A stretch of 64,000 bases of DNA from an uncultured delta proteobacterium (GCA_963778655.1 CAVZVA010000003.1:544001-608000), one strand, 5' to 3'; counted from the first letter of the stretch, positions 22,181 through 32,894 are shown. Notes: generated from the letters alone by a model not told the origin. Program-made: numbers and translations.

Positions 22181-24048
22181 GTCTTCTTCTTCTCCGCGCG
22201 GCGGCGCCTGCGACGCGCGACCCAGAAGCCGGCCAGCAAGATCGGCGCCGGCATGCCGAAGGTCGTCGCATAGAACCAGACCTTGTCCTGCTGGCGGCTG
22301 TGCTCGATCGGGACGTCCTCTTCGGAGGTGGTCTCGCCGGTCAGGTCCTCGTTGCCGATCAGCCAGGCCAGCGAATCGACGAACACCAGCATGTTGCCGT
22401 TGTTGGGCGCCACCTTGTTGGTCATGAAATCGCCGTCGCCGACGATCACGGCGCGGCCCTCGGACTCCTTCGCGCTCTTGCCTCCGGTGTTGGGCAGCGT
22501 GACGGCGGCCATCAAGTTGAGAATCTCGTTCTTCTCCGGGCCGTCGAGCTTGAAGTCGCCGTTGAGGTCACGCCAGAACTCGCGGTCGCTGCGCAGCGGG
22601 AAGGTCACCCGCGGCTTGGGCTCGACATTCGCGAGATTTGCCTTCAGCGCCACGGCGTTGACCAGCACCGTGGCAAGCTCGCGCTGATGCCGGGTGGCCG
22701 TGGTCACCGTCGGATGCGAGCTGTAGTGGTTGCTAAAGACCACGCCGCGGTCACTGTCGTTGTGGGCGTGCGCCATGTGGTGTGTGTCGCTGACCACCGT
22801 ACCGGGCAGCAGCTCGATGCCGAGCCCCGCGAGCAAGGGCTGCAGGCCGACGTCCTTGTCGGGGTCGAGCATCAGGAAGAGCTTGCCGCCCTTGCGCGCG
22901 TACGCGAGCAGTGTGGCGGCTTCCTCGGGCATGAACTTCTCGCTCGGCCCCACGATCAACACGGCGCTGGCGTTGCTCGGCACGGCCGTGCCCAAACCCT
23001 CGGCCACGCCGATGTCCTGCGACTTGAGATTGAGGCGGCGCAGGACCTCGTTCATTACGTCGGTGCCGTCCTCGCCCTTCTGCGCGGTCACCCTGGAGTT
23101 GTGCTCGCCGTGCCCCACGGTCAGGTAGAGCGTGCGCTCGGGCCGCACCAGCTTGGTGAAGCTCTGCTGGAAGTTGGCGTCGAGCTTGCGCAAGGTGCCA
23201 CGCGCCTCGGTCAACTCGTTGCCGACGTGGAATGACTGGGACTTGGCCTTGTCGCCGTCCCCCTGCACCAGCAGGACCTCTCCGTTGTCGCGCACGCGGT
23301 GCTTGGTCGCCAGCTTGGGCTCGAGCGCGACGTCGCTCACCTGGTACTTGAACTTCTTGCCCGCGCCCGCGAGCGCCGCGAAGTAGGGCTTGAGCTCGCC
23401 GACCACGTCACTGCCCTGGCGGAAGAACAGAAAAGCCCGCACCGGCTGGTCGAGCTTGCGCACCATCGACAGCGTGCCCGCGCTGGGCTGGCTGGTGCGG
23501 AAGTACGACACGTCCTTGCGCACGTCGCGCACGGTCGCCACGTAGTTCGCGCTGAGCAGAAACACCACCGAGAGCCCGAGCGAGAGCCCGGCGTAGAGCG
23601 AGGCGCGCACGCGGCGTAGCTCCACCGACTCGGCGATCGGCATGCGCAGGTACACCAACTCGACGAACAGGACCGCGAACAGCGACACCAGCAGCGTCGC
23701 CATCCACAGCACCATCAGCACGACCGGCACGCGGGTGGCGGCGTCGCCGCTGAGCGCGAGCTTCTTGATTCCCCAGTCGGTGGTGAGCGCGTACAGCAAG
23801 AGGCTCACCGCGACGCCGCCATACGCGGCCAGCAGGCGCGCCTCCACCCCCCGCGCGTCGCCCTTGGCGCTCGCCCAGGCCTGAATGCGCAGCGCGCCGG
23901 CGGCCACCAGCAGCGCGAGCCCGGCGTAGCTCGTCAGCTCGCCAGGGTTGCCCTCGCCCAGGATACGCTGGCCGACGAACACGGCGCACAGGCCCGCCAG
24001 CAGCAGCGCCGAGGCGAGGATGGTCGAGGTTTTGGCCTTCTCGCTCAT
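22177..24048 (-). CDS. GldG-like ABC transporter auxiliary component
   Basis: N-terminal TM segments, TVGHGE, LIVGP..GGKLFLMLDP, HPTV, RAVIVGDGDF..N..WL, C-terminal TM followed by RRRR. Confidence 0.85.
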   Translation of the reverse strand: MSEKAKTSTILASALLLAGLCAVFVGQRILGEGNPGELTSYAGLALLVAAGALRIQAWASAKGDARGVEARLLAAYGGVAVSLLLYALTTDWGIKKLALSGDAATRVPVVLMVLWMATLLVSLFAVLFVELVYLRMPIAESVELRRVRASLYAGLSLGLSVVFLLSANYVATVRDVRKDVSYFRTSQPSAGTLSMVRKLDQPVRAFLFFRQGSDVVGELKPYFAALAGAGKKFKYQVSDVALEPKLATKHRVRDNGEVLLVQGDGDKAKSQSFHVGNELTEARGTLRKLDANFQQSFTKLVRPERTLYLTVGHGEHNSRVTAQKGEDGTDVMNEVLRRLNLKSQDIGVAEGLGTAVPSNASAVLIVGPSEKFMPEEAATLLAYARKGGKLFLMLDPDKDVGLQPLLAGLGIELLPGTVVSDTHHMAHAHNDSDRGVVFSNHYSSHPTVTTATRHQRELATVLVNAVALKANLANVEPKPRVTFPLRSDREFWRDLNGDFKLDGPEKNEILNLMAAVTLPNTGGKSAKESEGRAVIVGDGDFMTNKVAPNNGNMLVFVDSLAWLIGNEDLTGETTSEEDVPIEHSRQQDKVWFYATTFGMPAPILLAGFWVARRRRRRAEKKKT

Positions 24049-24061
24049 GGCTCGGAAGATC

Positions 24062-24787
24062 TCATTGCCAGCGTTGGCTCTGCACCACGCGCGTGGCCGC
24101 CAGCAGAGCGAGGTAGACGATCGACGCGTAGTAGACGATGTCGCTGAGCTGAACCAGCCCGCGCATGAAGGGGAAGAAGTGCTCTTCGTACAGCGAGAAC
24201 TCCGCGATGATAGACCCGAACGGAGGGTCGACCACGCGCGACAGACCCCAACATAGGAACAGCACGAAGATGAAGACCGCGGCCAACACGCCCGCCATCA
24301 GCTGGTTCTTCGCCAGCGCCGAGCCCAGCACCCCAAGCGAGAGCGTGGCGGCGCCGACGCAGAGCAGGCCGAAGTAGCCGCCGGCGATGTGCCCGATGGA
24401 GACCTTGCCGTTGACGAAGATCAGCGCCGGCAGGTACAGGCTGAGCAGGGTGAGGACGCTCAGCACCACGAACGCGGACAGGAACTTGCCCACCACGATC
24501 TCGGCCTCGCGCACCGGCGAGGTGTACAGCAACACCAGCGTGCCCGACTGGCGCTCCTCCGCGAACAGGCGCATCGCCAGCAACACCGCCGCGACCGTGG
24601 TGGTGCCGCTGGAGTCGCGCAGGAAGTCGATCAGCACCTGGGACGAGAGCTTGGCGCCGGTGCCGACCGCGCGCGTGTTGAAGAGCAGGCCCTGAACCAG
24701 CAGGGTCGCCGCGGCGACCATGTAGCCGCTGGGCGTGCGCAGATAGCCCGCGAGCTCTCGGCGCGCGATGATGGCGACATTTCTCAC
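24062..24787 (-). CDS. ABC-2 type permease, GldF-like
   Basis: IARRELAGY, AMRLFAEERQSGTL..L.TSP..EIVVGKF; GTGA overlap with the ATPase gene. Confidence 0.92.
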   Translation of the reverse strand: MRNVAIIARRELAGYLRTPSGYMVAAATLLVQGLLFNTRAVGTGAKLSSQVLIDFLRDSSGTTTVAAVLLAMRLFAEERQSGTLVLLYTSPVREAEIVVGKFLSAFVVLSVLTLLSLYLPALIFVNGKVSIGHIAGGYFGLLCVGAATLSLGVLGSALAKNQLMAGVLAAVFIFVLFLCWGLSRVVDPPFGSIIAEFSLYEEHFFPFMRGLVQLSDIVYYASIVYLALLAATRVVQSQRWQ

Positions 24788-25782
24788 TGCGCGGCTCCTT
24801 GGGTCGGCTGCGGTGGGCTGGCCGCCTGCGGCGGCTCCGAGCGCGGGGCGGCCGCGCCGCGCGCGCCGCTCAGCTCGAGGAAGATCGCCTCCAGCCCCGT
24901 GCTGCGTGTCTGCATCCCGAGCAGCCCGAGCCCGGCCTGCACCACCGCACGGCTCACCTTCTCGCGCGCGGCCTCGTCGGCGCGCAGCGTCGCCTTCAGC
25001 GTGCCCTGGGCGGTACGCTTGACCTCGAGCTCCGAGACCACGGACAGCTGCGCCAGCGCGTTGCGCAGCGCGGCCTCCTCGCCGGCGATCTCGAGCTCGA
25101 GCCGCAGCCCGCGGGTGAGCCGGGCGGCCAGCTCCTCTTCGCTGCCTTCGGCGGCGATGCGACCCCGGTCCATCATCAGGATGCGGTCGCAGGTCTGCTC
25201 GATCTCGGTCAGGATGTGCGTGCTGAGCAGGATGGTGTGCTCGCCGCGCAACGATGCGATCAGGTTGCGCATGTCCACGATCTGCACCGGGTCGAGACCC
25301 TGGATCGGCTCGTCCAGGATCAGCAGCGACGGCCCGTGGATGATCGCCTGGGCGATGCCTACGCGCTGCCGGTAGCCGTGCGAGAGCGTGCTGATCGGAT
25401 TGTCCGCAACCTCCTCGACGTTGCACTGGCGCAGCACGCGGGTAAAGCGGCTCTTGAGCTCGCTGCCCGAGAGCCCGCGCAAGCTGCCGGCGAAGCGCAG
25501 GTACTCGCTCACCGTCATCTCCGGGTAGAGCGGCGGCACGTCCGGCAGGTAGCCGATCAGCTTGCGGATCGCGTGCGGGTTCTCGACCACGTCGAGCCCG
25601 CGCACGCTGATTCGGCCCGAGGTGGGCAGCAGCAGGCAGCTCAGCAAGCGCAGCGTGGTGCTCTTGCCGGCCCCGTTGAGGCCCAGGAAACCCACGCATT
25701 CGCCCTCGCGGATCTCGAAGCTCAGATCCGCGACTGCGCGCTGCGCACCGTAGTACTTGGAGACGTTTTCGACGACGATCAT
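24784..25782 (-). CDS. ABC transporter ATP-binding protein, GldA-like
   Basis: GLNGAGKST, LSHGYRQRVG, LILDEP, STH. Confidence 0.95.
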   Translation of the reverse strand: MIVVENVSKYYGAQRAVADLSFEIREGECVGFLGLNGAGKSTTLRLLSCLLLPTSGRISVRGLDVVENPHAIRKLIGYLPDVPPLYPEMTVSEYLRFAGSLRGLSGSELKSRFTRVLRQCNVEEVADNPISTLSHGYRQRVGIAQAIIHGPSLLILDEPIQGLDPVQIVDMRNLIASLRGEHTILLSTHILTEIEQTCDRILMMDRGRIAAEGSEEELAARLTRGLRLELEIAGEEAALRNALAQLSVVSELEVKRTAQGTLKATLRADEAAREKVSRAVVQAGLGLLGMQTRSTGLEAIFLELSGARGAAAPRSEPPQAASPPQPTQGAAQ

Positions 25783-26044
25783 GGAGACGGCGGGGTCGCG
25801 ACAACCCCCAGACGAACGGTTGGGATCAAATCGAGCGCCCGCTGAGCTAGCAAAACCTACCCCTTGGCGTCAACGCCAGTCGTCCGGCGCCGCGTGCGGG
25901 CCCCAGCCCGCTCACCCGGCCGGCGCTCGCGCCGCCCGTCGGGTCCGCCGGTCAACCCGTGGCGCGGGCCGCCTATTCCCAGCGACCTCCGGGCGCCGCG
26001 GCTGCGGCTTCCCTACGGCCGACCGCTGACCCTATGCTGCGGCG

Positions 26045-27561
26045 GTGTCCATCTCGCTGCCGCGCGCATCGGCAGCGCCGCAAGGCGCCGCGTCCCCGCC
26101 GCCGGGGGGATACCGGCCGCGGCGGCAGAGCGGGCCGGGCGTGGCGCGCGCCTTTGCGCGTGCGCTGGCGCTGGTCTCGCTTGCGGCCTGGCTCTCGCTC
26201 AGCAGCCAGGTCTTGCTGCTGATTGGCACCCGCGGCCTCGATCCGCTGGGCGAGCAGCTCGAGCGCTGGCACGCCGCCGGCCTGGGCGTGCTCGACGAGC
26301 CCACGCTGTTCTGGCTCGCGCACGGCGACGCGCTGCTGTGGATCGGCACGGTGGCCGGCGCGCTGCTCTCCGTGCTTGCACTCGCTGGACTGAACCCGCG
26401 CCTGTGCTTCGCGCTGAGCGCGCCGCTGTATCTGAGCTACGCCACCGCGGGGGGGAGTTCACCGCGTTCCAGTGGGACAACATGCTGATCGAGGTGCTGG
26501 TGCTGGCGGCGTGCCTGCCGCTGCGGCGGCCGGCGCCGATTGCGCACTTCGCGTTTCGCGCGCTGCTGTTCAAGCTCTACTTCGAATCGGGCATAGCCAA
26601 GTGGCAGTCGGTCCTGCACGACTGGCAGGACGGCAGCGCGATGCGCTACTACTACGAGACCGCGCCCCTTCCCGCGACGCTCGCATGGTACGCGCACCAT
26701 CTGCCGCCCGCCTGGCACCGCATCGAAAGCTGGGGCGCGCTCGTGCTCGAGCTGGGCGTGCCCTTCTTGGTATTCGGCCCGCGCCGCGCACGGCTGCTCG
26801 CGTTCGGCGCTTTCACCTCGTTCCAGCTGATCAATACCGCCACCGCGAACTACGGCTTCTTCACCTACCTGTCGATGACGCTGCACCTGTTTCTACTCAG
26901 CGACGCCGACATTGCGCGGGCCGGGGCGCTGCTTTCGCGCGTGGCGCGCCGCCCTGCGCGCGTGGGGGTGTCCTCGGCCGTGGCTGCGGCGCCTGCCCGT
27001 TCCGGGCGCCGGCGCGCCGCGGCGCTCGGCGCGCTCGGGCTGTGGCTGTCGAGCTCACTGGTCGCGGCCGCGATCGCGTTCGCGCGCTCGGACGTGATCG
27101 ATCACAGCTTCGGCGACCTCTACTCGCTGACGGAGCCGCTGCGCGTGGCCAACGTCTACCACCTGTTCGGACACATCACGCGCGAACGCATCGAGCCGCA
27201 GTTTCAGACCGAGCTCGCGGGCCTCTGGAGCGAGCACGACCTGCGCTACAAGCCCGGCGCGCCGGGCCGCGCCCCGCCCTATGTCGCGCCGCACCAGCCC
27301 CGCGTCGATTTCCGGCTGTGGTTCTATGGCTTGAGCTTTCGCCGCGGCATGCCGCGCTACGTCGACACCCTACTGCGGCGCCTGTGCCGCGACCCGGCCG
27401 CGGTCCAGCCGCTGTTTACCTCGGCGCTGCCGGCGGCGCCCGAAGCGGTGCGCATCGTGTTCTACCGCTATCACATGAGCAGCTGGCAAGAGCGCGCGAG
27501 CAGCGGCGACTACTGGACCCGCGAGATGATCGCGGCCACGCGTCCGCGGAGCTGCCGGTGA
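26045..27561 (+). CDS. Lipase maturation factor (LMF1) family membrane protein, frameshifted at a G7 run (26449-26455)
   Basis: First frame: LIGTRGLDP, PTLFW, LYLSY. Second frame: FQWDNMLIE, FKLYFESG.AK, YYETAPLP, TANYGFF, YHLFG, APHQPRVDF..WF. Confidence 0.88.
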
Positions 27562-27644
27562 CGCAGCTCGGGTCACCAGGACATGCCCGCGGTTGGCTCG
27601 CAATCGCGCCAAGCGAGCACGGCAGGGGTGAATCGCGGCTGCGC

Positions 27645-27733
27645 CGCGAGAGGGGAGCGCAGCTCCCACTTCGCGTGGGGTGGGGCCCCAGCGAGCTTTG
27701 CTCGATGGGGAGGGGCGGCGCGTGCCGCCCCTC
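27645..27733 (-). repeat. Multi-hairpin REP-like element, family B, copy 2
   Basis: Reverse complement reads GAGGGGC..GCCCCTCCCCA.CGAGCaaaGCTCG.TGGGGCCCCACCCCACGCG..GCGCTCCCCTCTCGCG, collinear with 1899-1991. Confidence 0.6.
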
Positions 27734-27757
27734 GTCACCAGAACTGGAGCGGCGCGC

Positions 27758-29143
27758 ATGCGAATAGCACGGCTGTTCCTGTGGCCGGCGGCGGCCTGGG
27801 GCGTGCTGCTGACGCTCGCGCTGGCTGCGTTCGGCATGCCCGAGCACTGGCCTGGCGTGCGCCGGCAACACCCCGCGCCCAACCGCGCGCCTGCGCCCTG
27901 CGCGTGCCGAGACGCCGGCATGCCGGCCGCCCCGGCCGCGGCCGCGCAGCCGGCTGCGGCGACCGCCCCGAGCGCGACCGAGCTCGCGCGCTACCCGATC
28001 TGCGCCCGGGAGGAAGCCGCGCCCGAGCTGTCGCAGCTGCGGCTCGCGAACGACGGCCCGCCGCTGTGGGCGCTGCACTGCGGCTCGAGCGTGCAGCTGC
28101 TGGCGATCGAGCCGGACGGCCCGCTGCTGGTACCGCGGAGGCTCGCGCTGCTGCGCGCGCCGAGCTACAGCCCGGCCGAGAGCGGGCGCGCGGTGGCGGT
28201 GAGCGCGGGCGACATCGACGGCGACGGCCGCGCGGACCTGATCGTGCCCGCGCTGTCGCTGGATCGCGGCGGCGGCCCCGCAGGGGGTGGGCTCTACTTG
28301 CTGCGCCAGCGCGCGCAGGGCGGGTTTGCCGACCCCGTGCGCGTGCTCGGGCTGAGCCCGGGCGCGGCGGTCGCGGCCACGCTCGACGCCCAGCCGGGTC
28401 GCGACCTCGCGCTGCTGCAGCTGCGCGACGCGCGCACCGCGAGCGCGAGCGAGCTGTGGCTGCTGCACGGCGGGCCCTCACCCGCGCGCTTCGCTCAGCT
28501 GCCGGCCGGGGTCGGCGCCGATGCGCTCGCCGCCGCCGATCTCGATCGCGACGGGCTCGACGACCTGGTGGTGACCAGCGCGCGCGAGGGACGCGCGCGG
28601 CTGTGGCTGTCGGCGGACGGCGCCGGCTTCACAGGCGCGCCGATCGTGCTCGAGCTGCCGGGCGTCCGCGAGGCCGTGGCCGGCGACCTCGACGGCGACG
28701 GCCACGCCGACCTCGTGCTCGGCGGCGAGCGCGCTTGGCTGCTGCTCGCACGCCGGGGCTTCCGCGCGCAACCGCGAGCAATCGAGGGCTCGGAGGGGCT
28801 GCGCGACCTGCAGCTGGTCGACGCCGACGGTGACGGCAAGCTCGACCTGGTGGGTTACGCGCACCCGACGGTGGTCGTGCTCGCGCAGGGCTCGGGGCTG
28901 GCGTTCGAACGCCATACCTTGGCCACCCTCCAGGGCGACCTCGGCGTGCTGTTCGCGCGGGTGGCCGGGTTGGACGGCGACAGCAGGCCCAATCTGGTCA
29001 TCGCGGCAGTCTCGAGCGGACCCGATGCGCAGGTGGAGCTCGCGCTGGGCCGCAACCTCGAGCCGGGCTCGGCGCTGCGATTTGCCGTGCGGCCCTCACG
29101 GTTGCGGGACTCACCGCTGCTACAACGCTTCACCCTGCCGTGA
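27758..29143 (+). CDS. Exported FG-GAP/VCBS repeat protein
   Basis: Signal/TM segment, then GDIDGDGRADL, ADLDRDGLDDL, GDLDGDGHADL, DADGDGKLDL. Confidence 0.88.
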   Translation: MRIARLFLWPAAAWGVLLTLALAAFGMPEHWPGVRRQHPAPNRAPAPCACRDAGMPAAPAAAAQPAAATAPSATELARYPICAREEAAPELSQLRLANDGPPLWALHCGSSVQLLAIEPDGPLLVPRRLALLRAPSYSPAESGRAVAVSAGDIDGDGRADLIVPALSLDRGGGPAGGGLYLLRQRAQGGFADPVRVLGLSPGAAVAATLDAQPGRDLALLQLRDARTASASELWLLHGGPSPARFAQLPAGVGADALAAADLDRDGLDDLVVTSAREGRARLWLSADGAGFTGAPIVLELPGVREAVAGDLDGDGHADLVLGGERAWLLLARRGFRAQPRAIEGSEGLRDLQLVDADGDGKLDLVGYAHPTVVVLAQGSGLAFERHTLATLQGDLGVLFARVAGLDGDSRPNLVIAAVSSGPDAQVELALGRNLEPGSALRFAVRPSRLRDSPLLQRFTLP

Positions 29144-29334
29144 GCGCGGCGGGGAAACCGACTTGCCGGCCCCTGCGGCCGCGAACGGGCGGGTTGCGCA
29201 GCAGCCCCGAAACGGGCCCAGCGCCCCGAACGCGGGTGGGCGCAAAGATCCCTTTTGCGTTCGCACGGGGGAGCGGTTATACAGGCGCCTGGGGAGGGGG
29301 AGTCGGTGAATCGGGGACTCACACGGGGGGGACC

Positions 29335-30396
29335 ATGACGCACAAGAGCATGGAGCGTGCGCTACGAGGGGAGCGGCAGCCGCGCGCAATCGCGCTGGCT
29401 GCGCCCGATCACGCCGGCGCCGCGCTCGATCCGGCACTGCTGGCAGGAGCGATCGGCTGCAGCGGCGACCCGCTGCTGATCGTCGACGGCTTCGACCGCA
29501 TCTGCCTGGCCAACGCAGCAGCGGCGGCTCTGCTCGGGATGTCGATCGAGCGCTTGACGCGCACACGCCTGCGCGAGCACCTGTTGGCCGGCGACGGCGA
29601 GGCGCAACGCGACTGCGCCGTGCTCGAGCGCGTGAAAGCCGGCCCCTGCCCGCGCGAACGGACGCTGCTGGACGGGCGCGCAGTGCGCGCGGTGCTCACG
29701 CCGCTGCGCAACAGCTTCGGCGGCCACACCCACGTCTGCATCACCTTGTCCGAGGTTTCGCGCCAGCCCGGCGACGGGGCTTTCGACGCGCTCGGACGGC
29801 TCGCCAGCGAGCTGGCTCACGACATCAACAACCAGCTCTCGGCCGCCCTCAACTACGTCTTCATCCTGCGGCGCCGCGTCGGCATCAGCGAGCAAACCGG
29901 CCAGCACCTCGAAGAGCTGCAGGCGGCGGCCTGGCGTGCGGCGGGGCTGACCGGGACGTTGAAGCTGCTCGGCCGCAGGCGCAGCGCCGCGCCCGAGCCG
30001 CTGCACGTGAGCCACGTGGTGGAGCGCCTGGAGCCGTTGTTGCGCCATCTGGCGCGAGAACGACAGCTCGAGATCACGCTGGCGCTGGTGCCGGACTTGC
30101 CCGAAGTCCAGCTTCCGCTCGCTTACCTCGAGCAGTTGATCGTGCTGCTGGCGCTGTACGCCATGGGTCGCGCGCCCAACGGCAGCCGCCTGGAGCTGCG
30201 CGCGGAGCCGTCCCGCGCCGACGACGGCGTGGGCGTGCGGCTGCAGTGCGAGCTGCGGGAGCAGGCCGGCGAGAGACCGGTCCACGGCGCGACGGCCGCG
30301 ACGCACGCCAATGCAGCCCTGCGCCGCGCGCTCAAGCGCTGCCACGCGCGCATGGGGCACGACCCGCAGCGGATCTGGGTCGAGCTCGCGCAGTAA
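29335..30396 (+). CDS. PAS + HisKA protein with degenerate HATPase domain
   Basis: PAS (LIVDGFDRICLANAAAAALLG), H-box LAHDINNQL, N-box degenerate (EQLIVLLALYAM), no DxGxG or GxGLG. Confidence 0.75.
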   Translation: MTHKSMERALRGERQPRAIALAAPDHAGAALDPALLAGAIGCSGDPLLIVDGFDRICLANAAAAALLGMSIERLTRTRLREHLLAGDGEAQRDCAVLERVKAGPCPRERTLLDGRAVRAVLTPLRNSFGGHTHVCITLSEVSRQPGDGAFDALGRLASELAHDINNQLSAALNYVFILRRRVGISEQTGQHLEELQAAAWRAAGLTGTLKLLGRRRSAAPEPLHVSHVVERLEPLLRHLARERQLEITLALVPDLPEVQLPLAYLEQLIVLLALYAMGRAPNGSRLELRAEPSRADDGVGVRLQCELREQAGERPVHGATAATHANAALRRALKRCHARMGHDPQRIWVELAQ

Positions 30397-30547
30397 GGCG
30401 CCCCAAATCTAGCTCACGTTCGAGGCGCGGAGTGGACCGCTCCCATGCATCCGCGCAGCTCCCCGCGCGCAGCCCTGCTCGTGGTCGCCCGCGCGCTCCC
30501 CGTCGAGCAGGCGTGCGAGCGACGTTGCGGCCTCTGTCGACCCCTGC

Positions 30548-32128
30548 TCACGCCACCGCGGTCGCTGCGCCGCGCCGCGCGGCTTCGCGGCGCGGCTCGA
30601 AGGCGTAGGCAGCCTGGTCGAAACGCCGGGTGCGCGAGCGGAAGCGCCAGGTGAAGGTCGGCCATACAGTGGTGTTGCGGCCGCTCTTGTCCAGGTACCA
30701 CGACGCGCAGCCCGAGCTCCACACGGTGCCGGCGAGCTGCGACTGGATCTCCTGGTTGAACGCCTCCTGGACCTCGGGCCTCACCTCGACGGCGCCGGCC
30801 GCGCGCTTCTCCATGGTGCGCAGCGCGTCGAGCACGTAGCTGTACTGCGACTCCATCATGTAGATCACCGAATTGTGCCCGAGGCCGGTGTTCGGGCCGG
30901 TCAGGATGAACAGGTTGGGGAAGCCGGCCACCGTAGTCCCGAGGTAGGCGGTGGCGGTTGCCTCCCAATGCTCGGCGAGCGAGCGGCCGTCGCGCCCGAA
31001 CAGCACCTCGCCGATGGGATGGTCGGTGACTTTGAAGCCGGTGCACAGGATCACGGTGTCCACCTCGTGGAGCTCGCCGTCCTGCGTGACCACGCCGGTC
31101 TCGGTCACCTCGCGGATGCCCTCGGTCACCACGCGCGCGTTGGGCTGGGCCAACGCGGGGTAGTAGTCGTTGGACAGCAGGATGCGCTTGCAGCCCATGG
31201 CATAGCGGGGCGTGAGCTTCTTCCGCAACGCGCGGTCGGCGATCTGCGAGCGCAGGTGACCGAGCGCCATCTGCTCGCCGCGCCGCATCAGCTCGGGCTT
31301 TCGCAACCCGAGCACGACCAGCTCGCGGCCCAGATACTGGCGCAAGCGGTCGAGCTTCTGCAGCCACGGCAAGAGCCGAAACAGCCGCTGCCGCCGCGGG
31401 CTGAATGCCGGGTCGATGCGCGGCACGACCCAGGCCGGCGTGCGCTGGAACAACACCAGCTCGGAGACCTTGGGCTGGATGGAGGGCACGACCTGGATCG
31501 CCGAGGCGCCGGTGCCGATCACCGCCACCCGCTCGCCGCTCAGATCGTGATCGTGGCGCCATTGCGCCGAATGGAACACCGTGCCGCGGAAGCGGTCGAT
31601 CCCCGGGATCTCGGGAATCGAAGGCGCGCTCAGACCGCCGTGGCCCGAGATCAATACGTCGGCGGTGAAGCTGCCTTGGCTGGTGCGCAGCAGCCAATGC
31701 TGGGGCTGCTCGAGCCAGCGCGCTTCGAGCAGCTCGTGCTGGAAGCGGATGAAGGGCCGTACGCCGAAGCGGTCGGCGCAGTCGCGCAGGTAGGCCAGGA
31801 TCTCGTCCTGCCAGGCGTAGGTGCGGCTCCAGCGCGGGTTGGGCGCGAAGGAGTACGAATAGATCGTGGACGCGACATCGCACTGGCAGCCGGGGTAGGT
31901 GTTGTCGCGCCAGGTCCCGCCCACCTCGTCGGCCTTCTCCAGCACGACGAAGTCGCGCTCGCCGCGCTGCAACAGCTTGATCGCCATGCCCAGGCCGGCG
32001 AAGCCGGCGCCCAGCACGGCGACCCGGTGGTGAGGTACGGCGCCCAGCTCGGGGCCGCCGGCTCGCGGCACCCGCTCGCTGATGGGAGTGCGGGAGGTTT
32101 GCTCGATGCGCAGTGCGGGGCTGACCAT
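30548..32128 (-). CDS. Flavin-containing (Baeyer-Villiger type) monooxygenase
   Basis: GAGFAG, GGTWRDNTYPG, FRGTVFHSAQW fingerprint, GTGASA, CTGF. Confidence 0.94.
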   Translation of the reverse strand: MVSPALRIEQTSRTPISERVPRAGGPELGAVPHHRVAVLGAGFAGLGMAIKLLQRGERDFVVLEKADEVGGTWRDNTYPGCQCDVASTIYSYSFAPNPRWSRTYAWQDEILAYLRDCADRFGVRPFIRFQHELLEARWLEQPQHWLLRTSQGSFTADVLISGHGGLSAPSIPEIPGIDRFRGTVFHSAQWRHDHDLSGERVAVIGTGASAIQVVPSIQPKVSELVLFQRTPAWVVPRIDPAFSPRRQRLFRLLPWLQKLDRLRQYLGRELVVLGLRKPELMRRGEQMALGHLRSQIADRALRKKLTPRYAMGCKRILLSNDYYPALAQPNARVVTEGIREVTETGVVTQDGELHEVDTVILCTGFKVTDHPIGEVLFGRDGRSLAEHWEATATAYLGTTVAGFPNLFILTGPNTGLGHNSVIYMMESQYSYVLDALRTMEKRAAGAVEVRPEVQEAFNQEIQSQLAGTVWSSGCASWYLDKSGRNTTVWPTFTWRFRSRTRRFDQAAYAFEPRREAARRGAATAVA

Positions 32129-32170
32129 GCGGTTCTCCTGGGAAGCTCGGCCCGCGCTCGGGCCCTTGAC

Positions 32171-32198
32171 CTACTGAAAGTAGCCTACTAGAAGTAGG
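32171..32198. promoter_or_regulatory. Tandem palindromic operator, probably for the adjacent TetR regulator
   Basis: CTACTgaaAGTAG immediately followed by CCTACTagaAGTAGG, in the 76-bp divergent gap next to TTGACC. Confidence 0.7.
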
Positions 32199-32204
32199 AC
32201 TGCA

Positions 32205-32894
32205 ATGCCCGCGCGCCATCCGCCTGCCGCCCTGCTCCCGATCGCCGCCGAGGTGGCGGAGTTTGCGCACGGCCGGGTCCCGCGCGAGCTGCGCCGGCGC
32301 CAGGTGCTGGCCGTGGCCAGCCAGCTGTTCGTGGAGCGCGGCTTCACGGACGCGTCGATGGACGAGCTGGCGCGGCGCGTGGGCGTGTCCAAGCCGGTGA
32401 TCTACGCGCTGGTCGGCTCCAAGGAGGCGCTGTTCGGCGAGGTGGTGGCGCAGGAGGCGCAAGCGCTCGCCCGCACCGTGGAGGACGCGGTCAACGCGCA
32501 GACGCAGGCCGATCCCGACGCGCAGCTCTACGCGGGCGCGCTGGCGTTCTTCCGCTTTGCCGAAGAGCGGCGCGCCGCCTGGGACGCGCTGCTCGCGGCC
32601 GAGGCCGCGCCGGTCAACGCGGAGCTGGCCGCGGCGCGCCGCTTCCACGCCAAGTCGGTCGCGGGCCTGCTGGCGCGCGGCGCGGCGGCCCAGGGCGCCG
32701 CGCTCGATCCGCTGATGCTCGACGCCTGCGCGCAAGCCATCAACGGCGCCTTCGAGGCGCTGGCGGCCTGGTGGAAGGAACACCCGGCGGTAAGCGCCGA
32801 GACCTTGGCCTCGCTGGCGGCTACGCTGGTCGCCTCGGGCCTGCACGGCTTGAGCGAAGCCACGCCGCGTGCACGACCGCGACGCGGTCGCTGA
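32205..32894 (+). CDS. TetR/AcrR family transcriptional regulator
   Basis: LFVERGFTDASMDELARRVGVSKPVIYALVGSKEALF helix-turn-helix. Confidence 0.93.
   Translation: MPARHPPAALLPIAAEVAEFAHGRVPRELRRRQVLAVASQLFVERGFTDASMDELARRVGVSKPVIYALVGSKEALFGEVVAQEAQALARTVEDAVNAQTQADPDAQLYAGALAFFRFAEERRAAWDALLAAEAAPVNAELAAARRFHAKSVAGLLARGAAAQGAALDPLMLDACAQAINGAFEALAAWWKEHPAVSAETLASLAATLVASGLHGLSEATPRARPRRGR

Noticed and set aside
20831..25782. Gld-like ABC cluster as a gliding-motility machine
   Set aside because: GldA/F/G-like and DUF4340 clusters are widespread in non-gliding bacteria; the sequence gives no evidence of substrate or motility role.
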